This document shows, piece after piece, positions 1 to 7,378 of a DNA stretch of 20,000 nucleotides. Within the stretch, counting starts at the first letter, position 1, and each line of letters opens with the position of its first letter. The notes under the pieces are model-generated. The model was given only the letters and a program-made list of their open reading frames with translations, ran no database searches and was not told the origin of the DNA. Location: the IMG/VR virus record IMGVR_UViG_3300044643_002701; one strand, 5' to 3'. A program made the position numbers and the translations under genes. The DNA is from an uncultured virus (IMG/VR IMGVR_UViG_3300044643_002701). Taxonomy: Duplodnaviria > Heunggongvirae > Uroviricota > Caudoviricetes.

Positions 1-9
1 TAAATTTAT

Positions 10-627
10 ATGGCTCATTTTTGCTTAAACGCCCCTGTCTCTCAGCATATTTATGGCTATGTTGATAAAGCGATACTTCATGGAAGCCTTACTCCACAGC
101 ACGAATACGAACCTTGCATTATATTTGGCATAACATCCATCCCATCACGGGCTTTACATTTTTCAATATTGTGCGAGTCAGGAGCGCAGTGGGCAAGAAT
201 ACCACTTCATATGTTAAGGCACGAAAAGCCAACCTTTTCTCTATCAAAAACACATGATCTGAGTAATTTACAAATGTGGGATAATCATGGTTGGGATTTT
301 AGTGTTGTTCAATACGACTTTTTAAGAGAAATGAGTTGTGAGTATATAAACAAAGACAATATTAAAATACCAGCGCGTTACTGGTTTACTCTAGACCATA
401 CGGACAATGGTTATTCGCAATATCCATCACAACACAAATGTTATCATTTACTACTATTGGAAGATGGCAGTGGTCAAATAGCCGCACAACCAAATAATAG
501 AATTTTATGGAAAGAACATTCGTTTGTCAAGAATGTGGATAAAATAACTTACAAAACAATGTCTCCAAAAACTTGGCATTGTGAGACTGGTAAAAACGCA
601 GACGAAACATCTTTTACAAATAACTAA
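10..627 (+). CDS. Conserved phage hypothetical protein
   Basis: 205-aa ORF. CIIFGITSIPSRALHF..ESGAQWARIPLH and GQIAAQPNNRILW resemble an uncharacterised family I recall from large aquatic phages. Confidence 0.7.
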   Translation: MAHFCLNAPVSQHIYGYVDKAILHGSLTPQHEYEPCIIFGITSIPSRALHFSILCESGAQWARIPLHMLRHEKPTFSLSKTHDLSNLQMWDNHGWDFSVVQYDFLREMSCEYINKDNIKIPARYWFTLDHTDNGYSQYPSQHKCYHLLLLEDGSGQIAAQPNNRILWKEHSFVKNVDKITYKTMSPKTWHCETGKNADETSFTNN

Positions 628-634
628 TTTATAT

Positions 635-919
635 ATGAACAAAACTAGGGTAAACAATGAAGTGTATATAGACATTTCTAAACCCCTGAGTAAAAAAACA
701 AAAAAGCTCCTTAGAAACGCGAAACCCGCAAAAAAACATTTTTGTTATAATTTGTTTAATAAAAAGATCAGCATCGGGCTTTGGGAGATTCCAGATACAA
801 AATATAAGAATTATCCAAAACTTAGCTTTGCAAACTTTAAATCATATGCAAAAATAGGAATTTCTTGGAAGAAGAACCTATTTGAGATTGTTTGGAATAA
901 GAAAACCCGTACTTATTAA
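635..919 (+). CDS. Basic hypothetical protein
   Basis: The ORF track starts at 581, overlapping the upstream gene. ATG at 635 (MNKTRV) follows the stop at 627 and is more likely. Lys-rich. Confidence 0.6.
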   Translation: MNKTRVNNEVYIDISKPLSKKTKKLLRNAKPAKKHFCYNLFNKKISIGLWEIPDTKYKNYPKLSFANFKSYAKIGISWKKNLFEIVWNKKTRTY

Positions 920-936
920 AGAACGGATTTATTTTC

Positions 937-965
937 TTGACATGCACTACTAAAGTATGTAGAAT
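937..965 (+). promoter_or_regulatory. sigma70-type promoter, leaderless
   Basis: TTGACA(937-942)-17 nt-TAGAAT(960-965); ATG at 972 after a 6-nt gap. Confidence 0.85.
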
Positions 966-971
966 CATATA

Positions 972-1595
972 ATGAAAAATGTTTTCATCATTGCAGATCT
1001 TCACTTCGGAGACTCTGATATGTGCAATCTGTTAAAAGCAGATGGCCATCCTATGCGACCATTTAATAGCGTAGAGGAGCATGATGCTACACTGATTGAA
1101 AACTGGAACAAGGTTGTTACTGACCCAAGCGATAAGGTTTATGTTCTTGGTGACGTAGCACAGAAAAGGAAAGACATTGAAAACTTTGGCAAACTCAATG
1201 GGAAAAAGATCCTTATCAAGGGCAATCATGATATCTATGAGATGAAAGAGTATGCGAAGTATTTCAAAGATATTCGTGCAACTCATAGGTTGGAGAATGG
1301 TATTCTTATGAGTCATATTCCGGTTCATCCCGGCACTTTTGGCAAAGCACATAAGGTAAATGTACATGGTCACATTCATGATAAGAGGGTCTTAAGAGAC
1401 AAATACTTTCCCAGTGATGGTACGCTTGAAATCGACCCAAGATATTTCTGCGTCTCTTGTGAGCATATTAACTATACCCCTATGGAACTTGGTGCTATTG
1501 AGATAGAGGTATTCGGATTTGAAAACCGTGCAAAGACCTTGGAGGAACTTGCGACACAGGCACAGGAACTTAATATGGGATATGAATTAAAATGA
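972..1595 (+). CDS. Calcineurin-like metallophosphoesterase
   Basis: Full motif set: ADLHFG, LGDV, KGNHD, MSHIP, HGHIH. Confidence 0.92.
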   Translation: MKNVFIIADLHFGDSDMCNLLKADGHPMRPFNSVEEHDATLIENWNKVVTDPSDKVYVLGDVAQKRKDIENFGKLNGKKILIKGNHDIYEMKEYAKYFKDIRATHRLENGILMSHIPVHPGTFGKAHKVNVHGHIHDKRVLRDKYFPSDGTLEIDPRYFCVSCEHINYTPMELGAIEIEVFGFENRAKTLEELATQAQELNMGYELK

Positions 1596-1966
1596 ACAAT
1601 CATCAAAAAATTGTAGAACTAAATAAGATTTGGTATGATCTTATAACTTGCGAGTACCATAAGGACAGGGATTGTCATTTCTATATCATCACTGATTACC
1701 AGTATGGTGAGAAGGTTGTTTATACTGTTCAACACGTCGGGTATATTAATCATCGTTATGATGATACTGACTGGGAGACGATAGCAGAAGCTGAAATAGA
1801 ACTTATTAAGGTTTTGTCTGAATGCATATTAAATGAAGTTGAATGGTACTTAGAACATTATGGAGACCCAAATTGGGATCAGCATGCAAGATATAATAAT
1901 AAAGAGCTTGAAAGCATAAAGCAAGCTGTACTTGATATAAAATCTAATGTAAAAGCAGAAAGGTAA
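1592..1966 (+). CDS. Hypothetical protein
   Basis: 124-aa ORF whose start overlaps the upstream stop. Confidence 0.65.
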   Translation: MNNHQKIVELNKIWYDLITCEYHKDRDCHFYIITDYQYGEKVVYTVQHVGYINHRYDDTDWETIAEAEIELIKVLSECILNEVEWYLEHYGDPNWDQHARYNNKELESIKQAVLDIKSNVKAER

Positions 1967-1973
1967 ATAGCAT

Positions 1974-2243
1974 ATGGTCTTAAAAGATATTGTAAGGGAA
2001 GTTTCAGGGTCTATTATGTCCCTATGCTGTTTAATTGGTTCAATGCCTCAGATTTATAAAATCCTTAAAACAAAACACTCAGCTGATCTTGCACCAGCTT
2101 CTATTCTCATTTCCTTTACTTGTGCTGTATCAGGAATGGTCTATATATTGACTGGTACATACTCTTTTTGGTTGTTTATAAATTGTGTTAATGGTATAAT
2201 ATTATCAACAATTTTGTTTTGCTGTTGGTACAAATACAAATAA
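1974..2243 (+). CDS. PQ-loop / SemiSWEET (MtN3)-like three-helix membrane protein
   Basis: 89 aa with three hydrophobic segments; MPQIYKILKTKHSADL matches the PQxxKxxKTKxxxDL pattern. Confidence 0.82.
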   Translation: MVLKDIVREVSGSIMSLCCLIGSMPQIYKILKTKHSADLAPASILISFTCAVSGMVYILTGTYSFWLFINCVNGIILSTILFCCWYKYK

Positions 2244-2251
2244 ATAATAAT

Positions 2252-3073
2252 ATGAATACATATACACTCCCTGAATCTGTTGATCTTGAAGAGATGAAAG
2301 CTTCTTTTAAGCAACATGGATATGCTGTAGCAAGAGGTCTCTTTACAGAAGTTGAAGTAGAGGAAATAAAATCAACCTTTACTAACATTGCTGAAAATGG
2401 TCGGGTGCCGGGTCATTTTGAACCCATTTCCAAGGAAGAATCTGGTGGAGACCCTTTAAAAGAATTTCCAAGAATTATACACCCACATAGATTTAATGAT
2501 GTGGCTCGTAAGCATTTAGTTCATCAGGGTGTACTGACATGTTTAAAACAACTCATGCAGGATGACCTCTTAGCAGCTAATTGTATGTTCTACTATAAAC
2601 CACCAGGCTCCAGAGGACAGGCAATGCATCAAGATAATTTCTATCTTTTAGTTGAACCACAAACATGTGTTGCAGCATGGACTGCTATTGATGATGCAGA
2701 TCCTGACAATGGTGGAATGTATCTGGTAGCAGATACAGCAGAAGAGGAAATCATATGTCCTAAAGAAGCTAACGCTAATGAGTCATTTACAACACACTTT
2801 GTACCAACCCCAAAAGGAAAAAAAGCTGTTCCCTGTATTATGAAAGCTGGTGATACATTATTCTTTAATGGTAGTTCAATTCATGGTTCCGGCCCAAATA
2901 GGTCAAAAGATCGGTTCCGCAGATCATTTATTTGCCATTATGTTCCAAAATCTACACAACGCATAAGCAAACATTATCTACCTCTAATAACGCCCAAAGG
3001 CGAAGAGGTTATGATTGAAGCTACTGATTTTGGTGGGTTATGCGGCGAGACATGGGGTGGTGGACAACATTAA
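2252..3073 (+). CDS. Phytanoyl-CoA dioxygenase (PhyH) family Fe(II)/2-oxoglutarate oxygenase
   Basis: FxxxGYAVxRGLF N-terminus, YYKPPG..HQDNFY, AWTAIDDADPDNGGM, AGDTLFFNGSSIHGSGPNRS..RRS (HxD...H triad plus 2OG-binding Arg). Start moved to ATG 2252 to avoid overlap. Confidence 0.92.
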   Translation: MNTYTLPESVDLEEMKASFKQHGYAVARGLFTEVEVEEIKSTFTNIAENGRVPGHFEPISKEESGGDPLKEFPRIIHPHRFNDVARKHLVHQGVLTCLKQLMQDDLLAANCMFYYKPPGSRGQAMHQDNFYLLVEPQTCVAAWTAIDDADPDNGGMYLVADTAEEEIICPKEANANESFTTHFVPTPKGKKAVPCIMKAGDTLFFNGSSIHGSGPNRSKDRFRRSFICHYVPKSTQRISKHYLPLITPKGEEVMIEATDFGGLCGETWGGGQH

Positions 3074-3277
3074 ATGCAAAATAATGACATACATATTATT
3101 GGCCATGCTGCTATAGGCCTATTAGCATTTGGAATGCTTATGTTTTTCTGGATGATCTTCAAAGGGGTTAAGAAGGTAAAGAAGAAAGGCAGAAAAGCAG
3201 TTAAAAGAACTAGCAGATTCGATTTATATCTGGAGGAATTAGAAAATTTTAAGAAAAACTGGTTTTATGATATTTAA
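3074..3277 (+). CDS. Small single-pass membrane protein
   Basis: Hydrophobic IIGHAAIGLLAFGMLMFFWMIF followed by a Lys-rich tail. Confidence 0.65.
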   Translation: MQNNDIHIIGHAAIGLLAFGMLMFFWMIFKGVKKVKKKGRKAVKRTSRFDLYLEELENFKKNWFYDI

Positions 3278-3557
3278 AAATAAATTTATATACAAACTTG
3301 TAATAATACTGTCTTTAGTGACACTTGGAACTTTAAGTGGCTATGAAAAGCCAGAATTTAAACTGATTGATTATCTTGATTCTTTCCATCATAGTGGAGA
3401 TGTTATAGAGGACATGAATATGTTGCAATCCAAGTATCATCTCAGAGTATCCAAGAAGAGAGATTGGCAATTAGGTGGAATTATTATTAGAGACTTTAAG
3501 TTTCATGGGGGCAATCAACCTATTGTTACTCAGACTGGATTAATGTTTGCATTTTAA
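3267..3557 (+). CDS. Small putative exported protein
   Basis: Basic plus hydrophobic N-terminus (signal peptide-like); ends in the amphipathic strand TQTGLMFAF. Confidence 0.55.
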   Translation: MIFKNKFIYKLVIILSLVTLGTLSGYEKPEFKLIDYLDSFHHSGDVIEDMNMLQSKYHLRVSKKRDWQLGGIIIRDFKFHGGNQPIVTQTGLMFAF

Positions 3558-3559
3558 TC

Positions 3560-3588
3560 TTGACAGGTTTACCATATATTTATACCAT
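3560..3588 (+). promoter_or_regulatory. sigma70-type promoter, leaderless
   Basis: TTGACA(3560-3565)-17 nt-TACCAT(3583-3588); ATG at 3595 after a 6-nt gap. Confidence 0.78.
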
Positions 3589-3594
3589 ATTGGT

Positions 3595-3897
3595 ATGTAC
3601 AATTGGTTTAACTATTCTAGAGTGAAGAAGCAACTTGAGAGTCAACTGGCTGAAAATGCGGCTCTTAGAGAAGAAAATAAGAATCTAGAAGATATCCTCA
3701 AGTCTATTGAGCAGGATGGAACAGAAGAGCATAATAATGCAGTTGCACTTAGACAGGAGATTGCTTTTCTTAAAGCAAAGTACCAAGTGATCAGTAATGA
3801 TTATAAGAAGTGCACTGAACAGAGAGATGAATATAAGCATCAGCTCAATGCTGCTAATAAAGAGATTGAAGTATTGAAAAGCAAATTAAAAACTTGA
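3595..3897 (+). CDS. Coiled-coil hypothetical protein
   Basis: Heptad-rich sequence. Start reassigned from 3547 to 3595 (MYNWF) because the promoter occupies 3560-3588. Confidence 0.7.
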   Translation: MYNWFNYSRVKKQLESQLAENAALREENKNLEDILKSIEQDGTEEHNNAVALRQEIAFLKAKYQVISNDYKKCTEQRDEYKHQLNAANKEIEVLKSKLKT

Positions 3898-3921
3898 CAT
3901 CATCTTATAAAAATATATAAT
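3894..3921 (+). promoter_or_regulatory. sigma70-type promoter, leaderless
   Basis: TTGACA(3894-3899, containing the upstream TGA stop)-16 nt-TATAAT(3916-3921); ATG at 3928. Confidence 0.85.
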
Positions 3922-3927
3922 AAGGAC

Positions 3928-4158
3928 ATGCCCAAAGCAACTCTTACATTCGATTTACCAGAGGAACAAAGTGAATTTGATCTAGCAAATAATGCTGGAA
4001 AGTATTATTCTGTTCTATGGGACTTGGATCAATATCTCAGAAACTTTGTCAAGTATCCATCTGATAGAGAAGATCCAATTCTTACTGATACTATGTCTAA
4101 GGTAAGAGGTGAGCTTTGGAGACTCATGAATGAACACAACCTAAATTTAGACCAATGA
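3928..4158 (+). CDS. Conserved small phage protein
   Basis: MPKATLTFDLPEEQSEF..VLWDLDQYLR resembles a common uncharacterised phage family; it has its own promoter. Confidence 0.75.
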   Translation: MPKATLTFDLPEEQSEFDLANNAGKYYSVLWDLDQYLRNFVKYPSDREDPILTDTMSKVRGELWRLMNEHNLNLDQ

Positions 4159-4364
4159 AACCAGAATGGGAATTTAGAAATGATAGTGAAGGTAATCTTG
4201 ACGAGATTGTTGCGGAAGATGTCCAGTTCTTCCATCTAGAAAGAATGGATAATGGCCATTGGTGGCTTGGCGTAACTCTTCAAGATGGCTCTAGAATTTC
4301 AGCCAATCTTATTTCAGATTTTAATAAAAGAATTAATTGTGTAGCACATAAAGAAGAACCTTAA
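4155..4364 (+). CDS. Hypothetical protein
   Basis: 69 aa; ATGA overlap with the previous gene; FHLERMDNGHWWLGV core. Confidence 0.65.
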   Translation: MKPEWEFRNDSEGNLDEIVAEDVQFFHLERMDNGHWWLGVTLQDGSRISANLISDFNKRINCVAHKEEP

Positions 4365-4365
4365 A

Positions 4366-4587
4366 ATGTTTGAAAAGAAAGCAAGAACATTAGCAAGAAT
4401 GTCAACATACAGGATTTGTTGCATTACAACAACTCTTATTGGAACCTATATCCATACAGGACATTTTACCAAATCAGTTATCTTTGCTTTAATTTTAAAT
4501 GCTTGTTTTACAGTCATTTATTATTTCCATGAAAGGTTTTGGTTAGAAAAAGTAAAGTGGGGGTTGAAACTTGACACCTCCTCCTAA
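4366..4587 (+). CDS. DUF2061-like membrane protein
   Basis: RTLARMSTYRI...two TM segments...IYYFHERFW..VKWG matches the DUF2061 pattern. Confidence 0.8.
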   Translation: MFEKKARTLARMSTYRICCITTTLIGTYIHTGHFTKSVIFALILNACFTVIYYFHERFWLEKVKWGLKLDTSS

Positions 4588-4599
4588 AAGATATAGAAT
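4571..4599 (+). promoter_or_regulatory. sigma70-type promoter, leaderless
   Basis: TTGACA(4571-4576)-17 nt-TAGAAT(4594-4599); ATG at 4606. Confidence 0.85.
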
Positions 4600-4605
4600 A
4601 AGATT

Positions 4606-4956
4606 ATGAATAAAGAACTTTTTGAAGAAATTATCCTAAAGCTTCAGCTAATGCATGAAAAGGGTCGAAAGCTCTATGAACTTGGAATTGATCTGCTGGA
4701 ATATACAGAATCATATGAAAGGATTATCGATGTACTTTTAAAGGCTCATTTCAATGATGAACAAATTGGATGGATTGATTGGTATCTTTATGAAAGACCA
4801 TCCTTGACAGAGAGAGGAAAGTCAAACAAAGCTTATAAGACAGTTGGCAAGAAGAAGGTAGAAATCTGTCACACTATTGATTCTCTTTGGGAGACTATTC
4901 AGGAATATACACCTCAAGCTGAATGGGATAAAAGGTGGCCGGGTAGAAACAAATGA
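4606..4956 (+). CDS. Hypothetical protein
   Basis: 116-aa ORF directly after a promoter; WIDWYLYE motif. Confidence 0.7.
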   Translation: MNKELFEEIILKLQLMHEKGRKLYELGIDLLEYTESYERIIDVLLKAHFNDEQIGWIDWYLYERPSLTERGKSNKAYKTVGKKKVEICHTIDSLWETIQEYTPQAEWDKRWPGRNK

Positions 4957-5072
4957 TGAAAGCTTTAACAACTTTTATAATCCTAGTATGCTTTTGTATA
5001 CTTGAAGGTTGGTTTACATCTAACCTTATCAAGGTTGTTGCTTATAACGAAGTTATTCTAAATGACAATTAA
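4953..5072 (+). CDS. 39-aa membrane mini-protein (absent from the ORF track)
   Basis: MMKALTTFIILVCFCILEGWFTSNLIKVVAYNEVILNDN*. ATGA overlap with the previous stop; it fills the gap up to cysC. Confidence 0.55.
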   Translation: MMKALTTFIILVCFCILEGWFTSNLIKVVAYNEVILNDN

Positions 5073-5616
5073 ACCTACAGTAATTTGGTTAACAGGCCTA
5101 TCTGGTTCTGGAAAGACTTCCATTGCCGAGGCCCTTAACAATAAGCTTAAAGCGAATGGAATTAGATCAGGAGTAGCAGATAGTGATACTCTAAGACTTG
5201 ATACTAAAACACTTGTTGGGTTTGATATAGAAGGCAGATGGGTAGCTGTTAATAGAATGATCTATGCTGTTAAGAATATGATCGAATTCCAAAAGGCAGA
5301 AGTTGTTATTGTTGCTAGTATTTCTCCTCTTATAGAGATGAGAAAACAAGCTAGGCATATTCTTACAAATTATTCAAACGCTAATTTTATTGAAGTATTC
5401 GTTGATACGTCTATTGAGATTTGTGAACAAAGAGATGTTAAAGGTCTCTATAAAAAATTTCGAGATGGTCTGATTAAAAATATGTCTGGAATTGATTCTC
5501 CATATGAAGCAGATGCAAATGTAGAAGTTTGGCTTCCATATAAAAATCCATATACTGGAGAATTGACAGTTGACAACGCCGTAAAGATTATTTACAATGC
5601 TATTTATCAATTATGA
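5062..5616 (+). CDS. cysC: Adenylyl-sulfate (APS) kinase
   Basis: VIWLTGLSGSGKTSIA P-loop, DSDTLR, ASISP, FIEVFVDTSIEICEQRDVKGLYKK, GIDSPYE. Confidence 0.92.
   Translation: MTIKPTVIWLTGLSGSGKTSIAEALNNKLKANGIRSGVADSDTLRLDTKTLVGFDIEGRWVAVNRMIYAVKNMIEFQKAEVVIVASISPLIEMRKQARHILTNYSNANFIEVFVDTSIEICEQRDVKGLYKKFRDGLIKNMSGIDSPYEADANVEVWLPYKNPYTGELTVDNAVKIIYNAIYQL
5570..5598 (+). promoter_or_regulatory. sigma70-type promoter inside the 3' end of cysC
   Basis: TTGACA(5570-5575)-17 nt-TACAAT(5593-5598); next ATG at 5613, giving a leader of about 8 nt. Confidence 0.6.
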
Positions 5617-5987
5617 TAAAGAAAGTATTACAACCAACTAACGGCGCTTTCGTTCAGTTTACCGAAGAAGAACTTGAGTGTATTGGCGCAGGACCGGGCA
5701 CAAAGTTTAGTGTTAAACTTCATGATGATGGGTCTGTTGAGCTTCGACCTTATGTAAAAATGGAAGTTGACATTGAGAACTGGTCTAGAGAAGTCCTTGA
5801 ACTAATAATTAAAGAATCATGCGAACGAGATGTTTCAGTGAATGATGTTATTATTGATTTTATAAAAGAATCAATTAATAAAGAAGATATTAGTGCAGAA
5901 AACAAGGAAATTTTTGAGGGCAATTTACAGGCCGCATCGTTGGATCCAAATTTCACAAATCAAGACACCAGCGTTGTTAAATATTAA
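5613..5987 (+). CDS. Putative DNA-binding protein (AbrB/MazE-like N-terminus, RHH-like C-terminus)
   Basis: FVQFTEEELECIGAGPGTKFSVKLHDDGSVELRP is swapped-hairpin-like; REVLELIIKESCERDVSVNDVIIDFIKE is RHH-helix-like. Confidence 0.55.
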   Translation: MIKKVLQPTNGAFVQFTEEELECIGAGPGTKFSVKLHDDGSVELRPYVKMEVDIENWSREVLELIIKESCERDVSVNDVIIDFIKESINKEDISAENKEIFEGNLQAASLDPNFTNQDTSVVKY

Positions 5988-6002
5988 TTATTAAATAATT
6001 TT

Positions 6003-6593
6003 GTGAACGACAAGCTAAGGAAAGAAACGGTTTTAGTATTGAACCGCAATTGGCAAGCTATTCATGTTAAAAGCCCTACCGAGGCGATTACAATGATGTA
6101 CGCTGAAAACGCCACTGGTCTTGACATAAGAGGAGAAGACAATATGGTTCCATTAAAATGGGCGGATTGGATTCAATTACCCATTGAAAACGAAACGGAC
6201 GACTATATTCAAAGTATTCGTGGCAATATTAAAATACCAAAGGTAATTGTTCTTTGTCATTATAATTTAGTTCCTAGAAAGCGGCCAAAATTTTCCGCTA
6301 AAGCCATATGGGAAAGAGACATGGGAACTTGCCAGTATACTGGGCAAAAGTTAATCCCAAATGATGCAAATATTGACCATGTAATTCCAAAATCTCGTGG
6401 CGGCAAAACCGACTGGTCTAACTGCGTACTCACACATAAAGATATTAATGCAAAAAAAGCAGACAGGACGCCAGAAGAAGCTGGGCTACGCTTGATCAAG
6501 CGGCCACAAGATCCAAAAGAATTACCATCTACTTTTTATATTAAAAATAAACACAAGGTTAAAGAATGGGAACTATTCTTAAATTGGAATTGA
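6003..6593 (+). CDS. HNH endonuclease
   Basis: GTG start; VLVLNRNWQAI N-terminus; RDMGTCQYTG..NIDHVIPKSRGGKTDWSNCV..HKDINAKKADRTPEEAG. Confidence 0.92.
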   Translation: MNDKLRKETVLVLNRNWQAIHVKSPTEAITMMYAENATGLDIRGEDNMVPLKWADWIQLPIENETDDYIQSIRGNIKIPKVIVLCHYNLVPRKRPKFSAKAIWERDMGTCQYTGQKLIPNDANIDHVIPKSRGGKTDWSNCVLTHKDINAKKADRTPEEAGLRLIKRPQDPKELPSTFYIKNKHKVKEWELFLNWN

Positions 6594-6618
6594 CATACAA
6601 TACATATACTGTTATCAT
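6590..6618 (+). promoter_or_regulatory. sigma70-type promoter with extended -10, leaderless
   Basis: TTGACA(6590-6595, containing the HNH stop TGA)-17 nt-TATCAT(6613-6618), with TGn immediately before the -10; ATG at 6625. Confidence 0.85.
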
Positions 6619-6624
6619 ATATTT

Positions 6625-7374
6625 ATGAATGCGAAAATTATTAAAACCCTAACTAAAAGACTAGAGGGCTCAAAAATCTTACCCTATATAAAGGTTAATA
6701 GTGTGGATGATTATTTTAATTTGCCAAGTTCAGAACGCGAAAGGTGGGGTCTTTATAGACGGCCATTTGCATTGCCATGTGAATGGCTAGAAACTCGAAT
6801 GGGCAAAAAGAGCGGCGCACTAAAACCAGAAAAGAAGGGCTGGAATTCTTGGCGTGAACAAATTAAGCGCGAATACCCTGTTCAGTGGTTCCTGCGTGAA
6901 TGGTGCTTTAGTTACGAAAATCCAGTTTATGCCTTTATTAAAAGCGTATACTTTGATTATACGGAAAAGAAATACGCAATAAAGCGTTTTATTAAACCTT
7001 TTTATCCACGCTTTCGCAAGTCAATGCCACGGCATAAATATATTGACGTATGCGAAGCTCTGAAGAGAGTTAATTTTGCACTTATTTTAGATTTTTGGCA
7101 CGATGAAATGAGTAGTGGAACTGTTAACTGGGAAGACAATGCCCAGCATAAGAACTTCTATAAGCGAGTAGAGGCACTAGTTAAATATATTGAAGTTGAC
7201 CGTCCTGCGTTAGAAAAGAAGGCAGATGACGCGCTGACGGTGGCGACCAACAAAAAGACCGGAACGTATGAACAACGTTATTCAAAATACAATGCAATAG
7301 AAGCGAAGATTGCACAAAAAGATACGGATCTTTTAGTATGGGCCATGCAAAATCGTGAGATGTTTTGGACTTAA
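6625..7374 (+). CDS. Hypothetical protein (helical, aromatic-rich)
   Basis: 249-aa ORF after a promoter; ends in DTDLLVWAMQNREMFWT. Confidence 0.7.
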   Translation: MNAKIIKTLTKRLEGSKILPYIKVNSVDDYFNLPSSERERWGLYRRPFALPCEWLETRMGKKSGALKPEKKGWNSWREQIKREYPVQWFLREWCFSYENPVYAFIKSVYFDYTEKKYAIKRFIKPFYPRFRKSMPRHKYIDVCEALKRVNFALILDFWHDEMSSGTVNWEDNAQHKNFYKRVEALVKYIEVDRPALEKKADDALTVATNKKTGTYEQRYSKYNAIEAKIAQKDTDLLVWAMQNREMFWT

Positions 7375-7378
7375 TACC

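Noticed and set aside
1964..5997. TAAATA 4-5 nt before the starts at 1974, 2252 and 6003, as a T4-like late promoter
   Set aside because: In two of three cases the TAA is simply the upstream stop codon, none is the full TATAAATA, and the hexamer is expected by chance in AT-rich DNA.
4803..6130. Other intragenic TTGACA hexamers (about 4804, 5767, 6121)
   Set aside because: No acceptable -10 box at 16-18 nt spacing.
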